NCBI GenBank assembly: GCA_030141605.1
Contig: JAQGDQ010000097.1
Location: forward strand, 62,001 to 126,000
Source: Tubiluchus corallicola
Lineage: Eukaryota > Animalia > Priapulida
DNA length: 64,000 nt
Direction: 5' to 3'
Shown: one piece after another, positions 34,601-47,081 of the stretch
Layout of the letters: each line of letters starts with the position of its first letter
Numbering within the stretch: position 1 is the first letter of the stretch
The notes under the pieces: model-generated
What the model saw: the letters and a program-made list of their open reading frames with translations, nothing else
Told to the model about the DNA's origin: nothing
Database searches by the model: none
Made by a program: the position numbers and the translations under genes

Positions 34601-34940
34601 AATCAAAACTGTTTAGTGGCAAAAGAAAAAGTTTATATTATTATTGAAAGTCCAGCTTTATCATCCAGGCTTTGCCCTTTCCTTAGTCTCAGTGTGTAGT
34701 TTTCTAGTAAAGAGATTAGCAATTTCAAAAATTTATTGCTTGTGTCTGTATGGTATGCAAAAAATACATAACGATCTTACTTTATCAGATTAATTGGTTG
34801 CATTGTTTTTTCTTTGGGAGTGATTGCATTAGGTTTTGATTGGTTGTGACCACTGTGAACTGTGATAAGGCACCAGTTCAGGTTTTAGGAAAACAAATTA
34901 CTGCTAGAAGTTAATAAAATCCCATTTACACAATATTTTA
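31630..34940 (+). other. Long 3'UTR of the E-protein gene
   Basis: U/UG-rich, no recognisable repeats, ends at AATAAA 34913-34918 followed by a U/GU-rich element. Confidence 0.6.
34913..34918 (+). terminator. Candidate polyadenylation signal, E-protein gene
   Basis: AATAAA with downstream ttcttgttaccttttttgtc. Confidence 0.55.
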
Positions 34941-35889
34941 AAACATACATTCTTGTTACCTTTTTTGTCATCTTAAATGGTTTAATTTTTTATGTGATTT
35001 AATTCATTATTAAAATTAATACATGCTTATCAGTCAAATTGATATGAATGTTTGTGTTGTCAAAACATCAAAGTAGTTGTGGTACCAACGTACACTAGTC
35101 AATTCTCTTGTTTGATTATTCACTTAAGAGGTGTTATAAGCCTTCATCTCCAGGTGGTAGTGGTCAAACAAAAATTGTGGTGCTTTAATCCTCTACATTT
35201 GGTTGGTTTGCCAAATCAGAATTTTTGCTCTCATAGTCTTGCTACAAGTAAAGTCAACTGATATAACTAGTATACGGTTTTCAACTGTTTTGTTATTTGG
35301 CTCCCAATTGTGTTCAGTTGCTGTAGTGACTGCATTCAAAGATGACAATAATTGTGTGTACATGTACTGTGTTACTTTATAGCACAGTACAGCAATTCCC
35401 GCACAAGTTCTCATGTTATTGACAAAAGCTGTAAAATTTTCTTTTCATGCCTACGTAAAAGTAAAAATCAATTAAGCTTTTCTTCTTTATATGCTCTAGA
35501 AGTATTATCACATTTCATATTTTTTGTACTACATGAGCCGAGCAAATTAGGCTAACAAGTCTGTAATTATTAATTTTATCCAATTGCATTTGTCGATTTA
35601 CTAGCTGATTTTCAAGTGAAGGTAAGTGAAATTTATTTAAAATTATATTTCTTTCTTGTCCTCGTTGGTTTTCAAAAAGTTCAATTTCTATTGAAAAATT
35701 TTGAGTTTGTACCTGGCTCACAACTGCTTATGCTGCTGTATGTTTTGCATTTCCGTAGATTTTATGTATGATCGATTAATGATCGCTTTGGCGAAGTTTT
35801 CGACTATTGTGTTTAATGTGGTCGAAACAACATGATAAATGCCGTCAACGTGGTTTTCTGGTTTTTCTGTGAACAACACAGATAAAACA

Positions 35890-36042
35890 ATGAGTAAATT
35901 ATCATTCAGGGCGAAAGCCCTGGATACAACGAAGCCAATGGCTGTATATATAGCGGAAGATATTCCGGGTCTGCTAGATTTTACAGCCATCAATCGTGCT
36001 GTGCCTCAGATGCCAACAGGCATGGAGAAAGAAGAAGAATCT
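35890..36042 (+). CDS. EPC1: EPC exon 1
   Basis: MSKLSFRAKALD...MEKEEES, gtaagt donor. Confidence 0.95.
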
Positions 36043-39000
36043 GTAAGTGTGGGACAGCAAAAATGATCAAAATTGCACAGTAGAGTACATTAGTAATAAA
36101 AACTCATAAATAATGTATTTTTATATTTGCCGTTATACATCCATTATTAGCTTAAATGACCATTGTTGCATAGTTGGCAAATCCCAATTTGATTGTTGTC
36201 AATAATATATTCACAATTGAAAATCAAACAAACTGATGAGAATAAACCAATTTAAGTAAGAGACAATTGTTGTTTGTCATTCATTTTTACTACCAAGTTC
36301 GAAATTATATGCTTTCTTGAGAAAAAATTGGTGGAAAATTTTCATATTGGTTTTAGCTGTTGCTTTTGTTGTTCTGGTATAGCTAATTTACCTTGAAACA
36401 ATGCGAGTAGCTGCAAGGTAAGTGGCCTTTTACGGTAAATGAGAGATATATTGTTTGGTTTTTTAAGGGCAGTGGCTCAGTTGAAATTTTATTTAATTTA
36501 TTTTGTGCATTTTATATATAGGCAATATGGGAAATCAATTTTATTGTCATGCAACTTGTATGGCAGGGCACAAGGCAAGAATGTACAATATGATCCTAAA
36601 CTGTATATCCTGGCAATGAAATTGGGCTGTTACAGAATATAATACCTTTTAATACTCACAATTTAATATATGAGTTGGTTCTACTTGTACTTGTGATGTA
36701 CTTGTAAAAACAATGAATATAAAATCTTGAGATTTCTTAATTTATTTATTTGACATAGTTTAATTAATATTCATAATTATGATGCATATAGGTAAAAAGT
36801 AGGACACAATGTTTAAAGTGGCACTAATTTATATGGTACTTATAATTTCTTCTGTGTTTTACACTTGACATCACCGTGTTGTGCATGATATAATTTAAAG
36901 TGCTCGTATCATAATTATTAAATTTTTATAATAAACTAAATACCGATTAATTACTGATCCGAGTGCTTTTTGCCTGTTTTTTTAGGAACATCATTTGCAG
37001 CAGATTATCCAAGCACAGTTAGTATTTGACAAGAGTGAATCCCGTCCCATTATTCCGACTCCGGAAGTGTTTGAACACAGTAAAAATTATGAGTGCATTT
37101 ATACTGTCGACTACAAGCCTCCAAAACAGCTCATTCACATTCAAGGTTGTTTGTATTTAACCTATTCACATGTACTTTTTGTTTTTTGCATTGTTTAATG
37201 TTAGAGTACATAAAATTGCTGTTTGAAATGATAATAATGTGATAATTCAAAAATTTATTGCGATGATTTTCAGGGATGTTACCGAAACTAAATTTTTGTT
37301 TTGGTTTGCCGATAATTGCGCTTTTGGTTAAGTTTCGGTTTCAGCGAAATTTATTAAATTTTGTAGCGGAAAGTTCGGAAAATTTTTGGTTGCATTTTTC
37401 CGAGATTTTACTAGTATTTATCCTATTTACCTTTTCTTTTCTCCTAGTTGTCAAAACCCAATGAAAAATCTTGGCTAAATTAGTTCAATTAAAGTGAAAA
37501 TTTCGTTTACATGAAAGTTTGTCACATTTTTTTACTAGCAATGTGGCATATCTTCTATGCTGGCGACTGTGAAGTTTTAGGATTTCCAGGTCCAATCAAA
37601 CGAAATATCAAACCACGTTTAAATTTATTTCAGGAAAATTTTTGTAATTTATGAAATATAGGCCACAAAATGTCTGTAAAATAAAATTTATTTTTAATGA
37701 AGCATTATGATCTTTAAACATTAATCATTAAGGATAGTTAAATCCAAAAACATTATAACACATGTTCTAGGGTAAACCACTCCAATATTGAGGTTCTATA
37801 CTATAAAACTTCCTTGTCCTTTTATATTAGAATTTTTTAGCAGCAATTTTGCATCACAGCAAATAAAAGCAAACAAACAAAAAACAAAATATTTTAGCTA
37901 TTTTAGAATTTTCTTTTTTTCAGTTTTAATAGTAGTTGGTTTTGCAAAAATGCTTAGGTTCGGTTTGTTTCAGTATCGATTTTCTATGTTTCATAAGTTT
38001 CTGTTTGTAAATTAAGTTTCGGTTACATTCCAGATGATTTTATAGAATGTTCATAGCATTACTTTTTTGAATGCGTAAAATACGATAGAGCTAGAACGGC
38101 ATTTTTAGATGACCCACTTGACCGCCATGTTATAACACGTGAACTTTTACAAAATTATTATCCTGAAGTATTATACAGAACATATTTAAAAAATTCAAAA
38201 CTGGTCTTGCATCTTACTTTATTTTCCATAATTTATTACAGCAGTTTGTTAAATCACCCTTTTGCTTTACAATACAATAGAATTTACTGTTAGATGATTA
38301 ACCAGCCAACTTACTTCGTAAATATGTTTTTTTATTATTACTGTTGTTATTAAATGCTGTCTTTATACTGTTTGTGTATGTAAGTTTAATCACCATCTAC
38401 TGATTATAACTGAGTTTTTTGTTTTATCAAATCAAGCATTATATTAGTTATGTTGTCCATTATTCTTTTATTAGCACTTTCACCATGGAGATACCTGTAT
38501 CAGATGCAGCCTGTTCTGTAAATCCACTATAAATAAATTTAGTTAAAACTAAACTAAATCGCAAAAATAAGAAAACTATGCATTTTCAACCAAACATTAA
38601 AAGAACTTGGTAATTAGCACAAGTTACACAACCTAAACCTACTATTTAAAGGATATCTATTCTAAAACACACACACACACACACACCTATCGACACATTG
38701 ATATGATTTGGATTCAAGATTGCCTTTTGTTTCAGCATTAAATATGATGGAAAATGAAGGTCCGGATTATGACATGGATTCCGAGGACGAATTGTGGTTG
38801 CAGAAGCAGCGGAAGAAAATGGAAATTAAACCACTGCAATTTGAAGAAATGATTGATAGGCTAGAAAAAAGCAGTGGCCAGCAGGTAATGCTGATTACTT
38901 AGAAGGAAATTATGTTTGGGTGTATAAAAAATTACATGTGTTTCCGAGTTGTTCCATTTTACACTATGAGTAGGTAGAGATTTTTGACGTGTGTCTGTGA

Positions 39001-42000
39001 TGTGAATTAGCCAATTTCTGACTAAATTATGAAATCTCATTTTGACAAGTTTTTCACTTTTTTGCATTTATTTAAAATGTCATTTTTGTTAAAAAAATAT
39101 ATCTAGCAGTTCATTTTTTAACTAACTGGTAAAAGATAAATATGTTTCTGTGTACTTGATATTTGCTTTCTTTAATTAAAATGTATAAACCAGCTTATGA
39201 ACATGTTTATCATGTTTGATTGTCAACTCAGTTTCTGTGGAACCAATATTGCAAAACATTTCATTAGCCATAGCGGACCTAAACTTTGGAACTCACTACC
39301 ACCCAATGTAAAGTACCAGTGTAACATTTACTGCTTTAAAACGTCAGTTAAATGATATCTGTTTGCTTCTTATATAAACTAGTCTTGATAACCACCTACT
39401 GTTCTTGTGTGACACAACAGTCACAACTTTGTGTTCTTTTTGAGTAGAATCCAGAGTGCTTCGTCATCTCATGAGCCGAATCTCCACAAGCCACTCTTCC
39501 TACCCTTTTGAACATTTTTTTATCCATCACTTCTATCCTTACTTTGCACAGCTCTTTTTTTTAATTGCCTAAAAACCTTCGTTTTTTTGTTCTTTTTTCT
39601 CATTATTTGGACGTGTTTATAGTGGTGCAAGCACTTAACAAGTTTTACTTCTGGTTGTTGCCATTTATTATATGCACGCTGTCATATAATCATGATTATT
39701 ATTAATATCTATTTTTTCCCAGTGTTTCTTGATATTGTATTTGCATTTACACTTCCAAATAAATTTATTATTATTATTTATGTATGTACTAGTACTGGCC
39801 ACTGGGCACTAATCATGAGATCAGGTACCATTCAAGTTGTTTCAGCAGTTATTTGACCAAACTACTCTCATCTCCAGACCATTTACGTTTGCCTTATGAC
39901 TGAATATTAGTGTGTCTTGATTATTGTGTAAATTAACAAGAAATTTCTTAATATTTTATAACTTTATTGTTAAAATTTTAATTATTTTATTTTTTACAAC
40001 TTTTAATTTTTACTTTTATTTCAAAAGTTACTTTAAATTTGCTTTTACTACTTATACTATTTTTTGTAAGTAGGCCCAACTTACAATGTGAATTTATACT
40101 AAATATAGTTGTATTATAGAAAGATGAACTAAAAGCAGTTTTTGCAATGCATAAATTTGGAATCAGTTAGACTTTGGTTATCATGTTACTTGAAAAGTAC
40201 TAGATGTAAACTGTGCTGTCTCCAAAACTCGCTGGTAAATTAAAGGCTTTGAGAGGCTCACTTTTACTTTTGCAGAAATTCAGAATACAAAGTGAAGATG
40301 GTTCTTGACATAGTTAGTACAAATTATGACTAGTATCTTCATTAGTATACAAATGACTTTGTCGTGAACAATCACTATCATATTGTTTCATTATGAGTTA
40401 CACTGTGCAGGCTACAGTGGTGTCTGATAGCTACTGGGGTATGAAGTTACCCGCTTCATTATGGGTTACACTGTGTAGGCTACAGTGGTGTCTGATAGCT
40501 ACTGGTGTATGAAGTTACCTGCTGGTCATTTTGTTTGCATAATAAAAGTGGCTGTATAAAACGTGAGTCTGGTCAACGATCGGAAGACGAATAAAAAGTT
40601 TTCCTCTCTCCTTGATCTTAATTATATAATGACAGTTTTACATGCATTCACAAACTATGAAACACATCATCAAGTTATTGCCATGTAGAATGTCTGCATG
40701 GCTCCAAATTTTAAAAAGTTGTTTTTGAATTTTCACCTTTATTCATTATTCTATTGCTTTGCCAGTTGAAAACTGAACACATCTTGCATTTTCCAGAAAT
40801 ATTTAACCGGAACTAAATCTTTTTCTATTATGACATCTTTTGTAGTTTAATTCTATACAAGGGTGGCATTTTTTGAAAATGTTTCAACGGGGATTAAAGC
40901 TTTTTTGTATTATGACTTCTTTTGTAGTTTAGTTATATACATTATATACATTTATGTATATATATATATATATATATATATACAGTTTAGTGCACATTAA
41001 TTGCAATAGCGAATATTATTATTATATACATGTGTGGATGACAAAAGAAAAAGTAGTAGTTTTCATATCTCTGAATATTTAAGTGCGCCTTCGTCTAGTT
41101 CAACTTATTAATTGCTTAGACTTGGAGTGATTATCATTATAATATTTCTAGGTTGTTACTTTGAAAGAAGCAAAACTTTTGCTTAAGGAGGATGATGATC
41201 TTATCATAGCAGTCTATGATTACTGGTTGAACAAACGATTAAGAACAGTAAGTCAAGCACATTATTGTTATATCGATTAGCTGTATTTTTTGCTGGTTGT
41301 GTCAGTTGTACTTAATACAAGTTATTCAGGATTTGTTGTTGTATTGCACAATAGGCTCATCATTCAGGTATGGTTCGCATATAAAATATGAGATACTGTC
41401 AAAAGTAATGTATTTATTAATGTCCAAAAGATATTTTGAACTATTAACACGAATTTATCATATAGCATGATGATTGTAAAGCATGAGTCTCTCACAAGCT
41501 GCTTATCACACATTTCAGTTAAATGAACATAAGAGTAACGTTTTATAAATAGGAGTGGCTGCTAAGTGACCATTAAGGTCTTTTGCCACCTTGCTTCAGT
41601 ACAGTTGTAATGAATTGTGAATAACTAAATGGTATATATGTATGTGGAATGAGACAACTAAAGTAAACTAACCCAAACTGTAAATGATAATCCTTTTCTG
41701 TTTTGTAAAGAAAACATTTTTATGCACCATTTTTTAAAGCAAATAATTGCTGCTCCTTCTGCTCATAAATTTGCATATATTATTGGGTGCCACAATGTTT
41801 AATGATTGGTTGTTGATATGCTAAAGGCAGTTGTGGCATCTAAATACAATTTTAATTATGTAATCTACTCATTAGATTATCATGTATCAGTCTCAAAGCG
41901 ATTTTAAAAACTACGAAATTAATAATGTTCAAGGACCTTTTTCAACAGTTTTTGTATTTTCGTAAATGTGTAGCAATAAATTCAGTTCATATTTAAAATT

Positions 42001-45000
42001 GCACAACAATCAGCCACAACAATGTAGCAAAAACCAGGTAACCGATTTTGGATTACCAGATAAATTTTCGCTGTAGAAACTAATGTTTGCTTCTTTGCTG
42101 ACTTCAGTTGTTCTTTATTTTGTCATCTCTTTCTTTCATCACTTTCTTTTGTATTTTTTAGCAATATCCATTAATAGCTCAGGTAAAAACAGAAAAGCGA
42201 GACGGATCCACGACAAACAATCCGTACGTGGCTTTTCGACGGAGAACGGAAAAAATGCAAACGAGGAAAAATAGGAAAAACGATGAAACTTCCTACGAAA
42301 AAATGCTAAAGTTGCGAAGGGATTTGAGCAGGGCTGTGTAAGCATTGAATTTTGTAAATTTGGCAATATTACGTAATCAGAATTTGGTAAAGTAGGCATA
42401 TTCTTTTTTGCCCGCAGAAGGTTTTTTTATGTGACTGATTTTTACTCATTTCTTGCCTTAACCAATAATAATAATAATAATCAATATATATATAAGCAAC
42501 AAACAACATAATTAGAAAAAACAGTATATGTAAAAAAATCATTGATGATATCAGATTAACCAAATAAATGAATTGCTGTATCACACCTTGAACGCACGGC
42601 TTATTAAGGCATGATGAATGAATGAAAGAATGGTTAGGGTTGATGTTAAATGTCAAAAGAAATGTCAAATGTCATGTTAATATGCTTTCAAAGCACATTT
42701 TAGTACCGCTAATGTTATATTCTAGGGAATTAAAATTTAGGACTGAAATTAGTTGCATAACTGTGATCTTAATATGAATGTGGTGATTGCCATTTTGTTG
42801 CACACCAGCTTGCTGTGACAGAAGATGTCCTTCAGAACTTTTGTGATAGAACACTCTAGGCAGCCTTAGAATTGTCAGTTCTGAAAAGCCAAAAACTTGG
42901 CCAGTAAACACATTTTGCTTTTGTTAAGAATTTACATTTCTTAAAAAAGTTCTCTTAACAAACAAATTTTAAAATTTAAGTTTTGGAAATAAAAAAAAAT
43001 GGCAATTTTTAGCTTACTACTTATCTATATTATTAGTTGGTTTGAAAATGTTGGTTAAATATTGTTTTAAAGGGAAACCTTTAATTGTTTTTCAGTACGT
43101 TGTTAGAAATGGTTAAGCGACGAGAAAAAACCAAGAGAGAGTTTTTACACCTAACTTTAGAAATTGTTGAAAAAAGGTAAGTACTGCCAGGTAATGCATA
43201 TATATAGTTAGACATAATAGAAACAAACTTTGTCCACATGTGTGTTGTGTTCTTTTCTATCTATTGAAAGTTAGAGAATTCCACCATGGTCCATAAATTG
43301 GTGAATTTTTCCTTCTTCTTGTAGTTGGGTAAGTCCATTGTACTCAGCCAATTTTGCTTATGCTTCAAACATAATGTTTCCAGAATGTCAGCAAGGTATT
43401 CAAACATATGACTTTGTGAGTTTAATATTAGCCGAAGTTTTAGAAATAATCTGATGTGCTCTGTTTAGTTAGAAAATATTCAGTTTTATAATGGAGTTTG
43501 GTAGTTAACTTAAGTATAAGTAGCTAATCTCTTTGTTGTGGGAATTGGTGTGAGTTGTAGTAAGTGAGTAGCAGTAAAAGATGTAAAAAGAAGTAATTTT
43601 GTATATATCTCCTTATTTATTGTGGACTATTTAACTTTTTAATGAACTGTTTTAAATATATCTTGCTGAACTAGGATCATATTTATCACCGTGGGATATC
43701 TGATTGATTGTATATTGGATTAATTTGAAGACGTAATTGAATTCTTACAGTTTGATTCTAATATATATTAACAAATAACTTATTGGTATAGAAATTTTCA
43801 AGTGAAAACAAAATATGTCGAAATGCAATGGCAGTATATAATTACAGTACAATAGCGCTACATGATAGTAAATATTAGTAAATATTCAATAAATATGCAT
43901 TTACAGTCAGTGAGAAGTTTTTTGTCGTTCTTCATTTTTGTGTCTGTTTGTCTTATTGCTTTTTACAATCACTTCAGTGAGTGAGTTTTTTTTCATTTCT
44001 CAGGTACAGCATGGGTGACTTTGCTGGCTTAGTATTAGCTGAAGTTTCAGCAATAAAGAACACTAAACCATCATACCTCCAGTACATGTCAAGACATGAT
44101 TGGAGAGCAAAGGTAGTGTATGCCATTCAATTTTATTCATAAGTATGTATGTACCGTTCAAACAATCCAGGCTTCAAGAATGCAGGAATTTGCATGCATA
44201 TTTGGGAATGGCGGAGTGTCATGTTTTGACTATTGAGAAGAAAATGATGGCTTTATTCATTAGTAAAATCCTGATGCAAAAGTAGCTTTTAAAAATGATT
44301 AGCAAAGACAGAAAATACAGTTTTTCGCTCTATATTTGACTTGTTGCTAGTTATTGGAATCACAAATAGTATGGCAGTGTTATTGCATCATACTAAGACG
44401 TGTGAGATCTATGATGTATGTCAGCTGATGTATGTACTGTGACAAGATTTTTGTGTTTTTCATTTTTGTTATCGCCGAAACTTATGTCTGCAAATGCCAA
44501 CAATTATGCTGAACAGATGATTATGACGATTTTTCGAATCGGTGAAATTTCTACTGGCATTTTTATAAAATTTAACACTCTGCAAACCAAGGCCAAGCAC
44601 TTGACAGCAGCACTACCACTAACTACAAATTTTAGTGGTTGTGTCAGGAATGGAACGTAACTCTATATCAACACAGTCTTCTAAGTTGAGGCAGTAATTC
44701 GACAGAGTTGTTTTACCCCTGTGTGGATACATTCTCCCTCAGTGAGAGAGATGGCTTGGAAAAATATGCTGAAAGTAGTTTTCCAGTTGTTATCCACATC
44801 CATGCATTTACGAAACAGGCTCAAGCACTGCTTGACCTTGGTCACTAAGTATACTCCAGTGACATTCAGTTATTATTTATTATAATTTAGTTACTATTAG
44901 TTATTATCGAGTATGTTCCACTTTTTAGGATGTTATCGGTAAAAAGAAAAGAGAATACAAAAAGAAGAAGAATAGGCAGTTGACTCCGAATTCTGTTATG

Positions 45001-47081
45001 GCACCCAGGAATTCTACCGCTGTAACTTACAGAGACATCGGCAGCTCAGAAGAGGATATGGCGTTAGTAAGTAAACATTTTGTGCCACATAAAAAATGAC
45101 GTTTTAACAAATTTTATGAAATCAGCTACTCGCTTTAGTGAATATGTCATTTCCACTGAGCACCTTAGCTGACATATCAGCCATTTTTCTGAAAATGGTA
45201 CTGTACTGCATTTTGCTTCTGTGCTTATCTGTCATATATTACAACAAACACTTTTTAGACAAGCTTTTGAAAATAACATTTTAGCTTTTTCTTTAATGAA
45301 TCAAATTTGATATGACACTGACATCACAAAGTCGCAGGTTTTGTCCCAAGTCGCTAAATATAAGTACAATTCAAATTTTTGGTCTGATGGCCAAAGTTTG
45401 TTCGGTAAAGAAGCCTTGCTCAGGCAAATTCTCAATGATAACAGTGTGGTCCATACACATGTACATAACTACATGTAATAGTTGATAGGTTATATCTTAC
45501 TTATTTTGATAACTTAGTAAGCAAGGTAAATGTTTTTAAAGAAAGAAGTGGCATCATAATTTTGTTGCTTGCATGAGTTAATTCCGTCAGTATTAAAAAC
45601 AATTTCACTCGTTTATTCCAGAATGGTACTAGCAAATTGCAAAGTGTTAAATACTCCTAAAATTTCATTCATTACCTATTTTAACCAATTGTATTGATTT
45701 GTTTTTTTAGGGTATCTTATCAGACGTTGACGACGAAAGTCCTGATGGCATATTCTCTTTTCACCGTAGACGTGAATGTAATTATCATTCGGTGAGTAGT
45801 GCAATAATTACTTTAAGATGTATTGAAATTGAGTACTAGCTGTCGTTTTATATATATATGTCTTATAATTATACATTTATTAATAATTAATTATTTCCTA
45901 CTAAATATATTTATATTGCTAATAAATATACGTTTTACTATCAGCTAATCTCAAATATGCCTGGTTGTTGATAAATCTATACAATTTCAGCCTGTCAGTG
46001 AAAGATTAGGAGGCATGTTATCCCTTAACGAAGTGGACGCATTTTCAGAAGTGCAGGCACGGGGAAGTCTAACAAATATAACAACATATAGTAGTAATCT
46101 ACGGCGAATAGGAAGAGGGGGAAGGTATGTGGAGAGACAAAGTACTATTAAATGGCTTTAGTGTGATGTCTATTAGTTCGAATTATTGTATATCACCAAC
46201 ATAGCACTAAATTTAAAATAAAAAATCTGTGTGTAATGAACTGATCCCCACTTTTAGCTTTGACCTTTGCTTGTCATTTTGCGAATTCTTTGATGGTTAT
46301 ACCAGTGGCAAGAATTTTAACAAAGTTGAAAGTAAACAGAAATAAGCCACTCTATTTCGCGATAGATCCTAGAGTTTGCTTCATAGTTTTTATTACTGGA
46401 TTTTTATTGGCCATTAAAAATGTTAACTTTTGTTAAGCGTGCTGCGGTGCTTTTGGCCTTTTTCTTTCTTACTCGTATAAAGCAGCATCGCTTGTGCCCC
46501 CAAACATGTTGAAAGCTATTCATTAATCAACCTATCACGGATGCTAAGCAATGGCCCTTTATGAGAAAATAGGGCTGGAAGATGTAAAAAAATTAGGCAT
46601 TACCATGACAGTATTATTAATTAACGAGCTGTTATAAAATGAACCACTATTTTAGACTTAAGAGGCAAAAAGAAATGGAGAGAAAAAGCACCAAGGTGTT
46701 TAGATATACTCATAGTCTTTGTCGAAGGTTCTTGGTAATGTACGACAGATTTTCTTAAACAAAGTTTTGTTCCAGCTGTTGTTTTACTAGCTTAACATTA
46801 CCTTTCCGTATAATATGTTAATTAATATTTTTTCTTTGTGGCTTTTTCTTAGATTATTTTGCCTTCAACGACCTCGGTCTGTCAAGCACCATTCCTCAGC
46901 AGGAACGTCATCGTCTTCAAGAGGGTACTCATCATCTCAACCTAACCTAGCTGGTCTAGGTGACGTAAGTGGTAGCAGTGGTCAACGACAAGAAACTGTC
47001 TTCCAAAATCAAAACTCAGAGCAAACAATCGTAGTTGACGATGTGACCTTGCCGACGTTGACTGCGACATATCCGAGCTGA
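35890..47081 (+). CDS. EPC1: Enhancer of polycomb homolog (NuA4/TIP60 subunit), 11 exons, ~501 aa
   Basis: Exons: 35890-36042, 36986-37145, 38736-38884, 41152-41247, 42162-42337, 43096-43176, 44004-44112, 44929-45066, 45711-45791, 45991-46124, 46853-47081, all phase-compatible. Motifs: MSKLSFRAKALD, INRAVPQMPTGMEKEEESEHHLQ, PDYDMDSEDE, FEEMIDRLEK, VYDYWLNKR, NPYVAFRRRTEKMQTRKNRKNDE, PDGIFSFHRR, RRIGRGGR. Confidence 0.95.
36986..37145 (+). CDS. EPC1: EPC exon 2
   Basis: EHHLQ...IIPTPE...YKPPKQLIHIQ. Confidence 0.93.
37271..38033. mobile_element. hAT-type MITE with 8-bp TSD in EPC intron 2
   Basis: Imperfect TIR cagggatgttaccgaaact / agtttcggttacattccag, flanked by ATGATTTT at 37263-37270 and 38034-38041, with subterminal TTTCGG repeats. 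Confidence 0.85.
38736..38884 (+). CDS. EPC1: EPC exon 3
   Basis: PDYDMDSEDELWL...FEEMIDRLEKSSGQQ. Confidence 0.95.
39200..39780 (+). mobile_element. 3' fragment of a Crack/L2-type LINE
   Basis: TNIAKHFISHSGPKLWNSLPPNVK...FKTSVK*YL is typical of ORF2 C-termini; ends aataaa plus a (TTA)n tail. Confidence 0.75.
40387..40522. repeat. 68-bp tandem duplication (2 copies)
   Basis: ttcattatg.gttacactgtg.aggctacagtggtgtctgatagctactgg.gtatgaagttacc.gc twice. Confidence 0.9.
41152..41247 (+). CDS. EPC1: EPC exon 4
   Basis: VVTLKEAKLLLKEDDDLIIAVYDYWLNKRLRT. Confidence 0.95.
42162..42337 (+). CDS. EPC1: EPC exon 5
   Basis: VKTEKRDGSTTNNPYVAFRRRTEKMQTRKNRKNDETSYEKMLKLRRDLSRAV. Confidence 0.97.
43096..43176 (+). 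CDS. EPC1: EPC exon 6
   Basis: TLLEMVKRREKTKREFLHLTLEIVEKR. Confidence 0.95.
44004..44112 (+). CDS. EPC1: EPC exon 7
   Basis: YSMGDFAGLVLAEV, end of EPcA. Confidence 0.88.
44929..45066 (+). CDS. EPC1: EPC exon 8
   Basis: KKKREYKKKK and SSEED motifs, canonical splice sites. Confidence 0.88.
45711..45791 (+). CDS. EPC1: EPC exon 9
   Basis: DESPDGIFSFHRRRECNYHS resembles EPC1 DPDGPFAFRRKAGCQYYA. Confidence 0.9.
45991..46124 (+). CDS. EPC1: EPC exon 10
   Basis: Ends RRIGRGGR (EPcB), gtatgt donor. Confidence 0.88.
46853..47081 (+). CDS. EPC1: EPC probable last exon
   Basis: Strong pyrimidine acceptor, phase 2 matches, Ser-rich tail, stop at 47079-47081, AATAAA at 47456 and 47461. Confidence 0.7.

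Noticed and set aside
46656-46726. Possible extra EPC exon (LKRQKEMERKSTKVFRY...)
   Set aside because: Open, but weak donor, no similarity to EPC, and 71 nt would shift the frame of the next exon; not supportable without RNA data.
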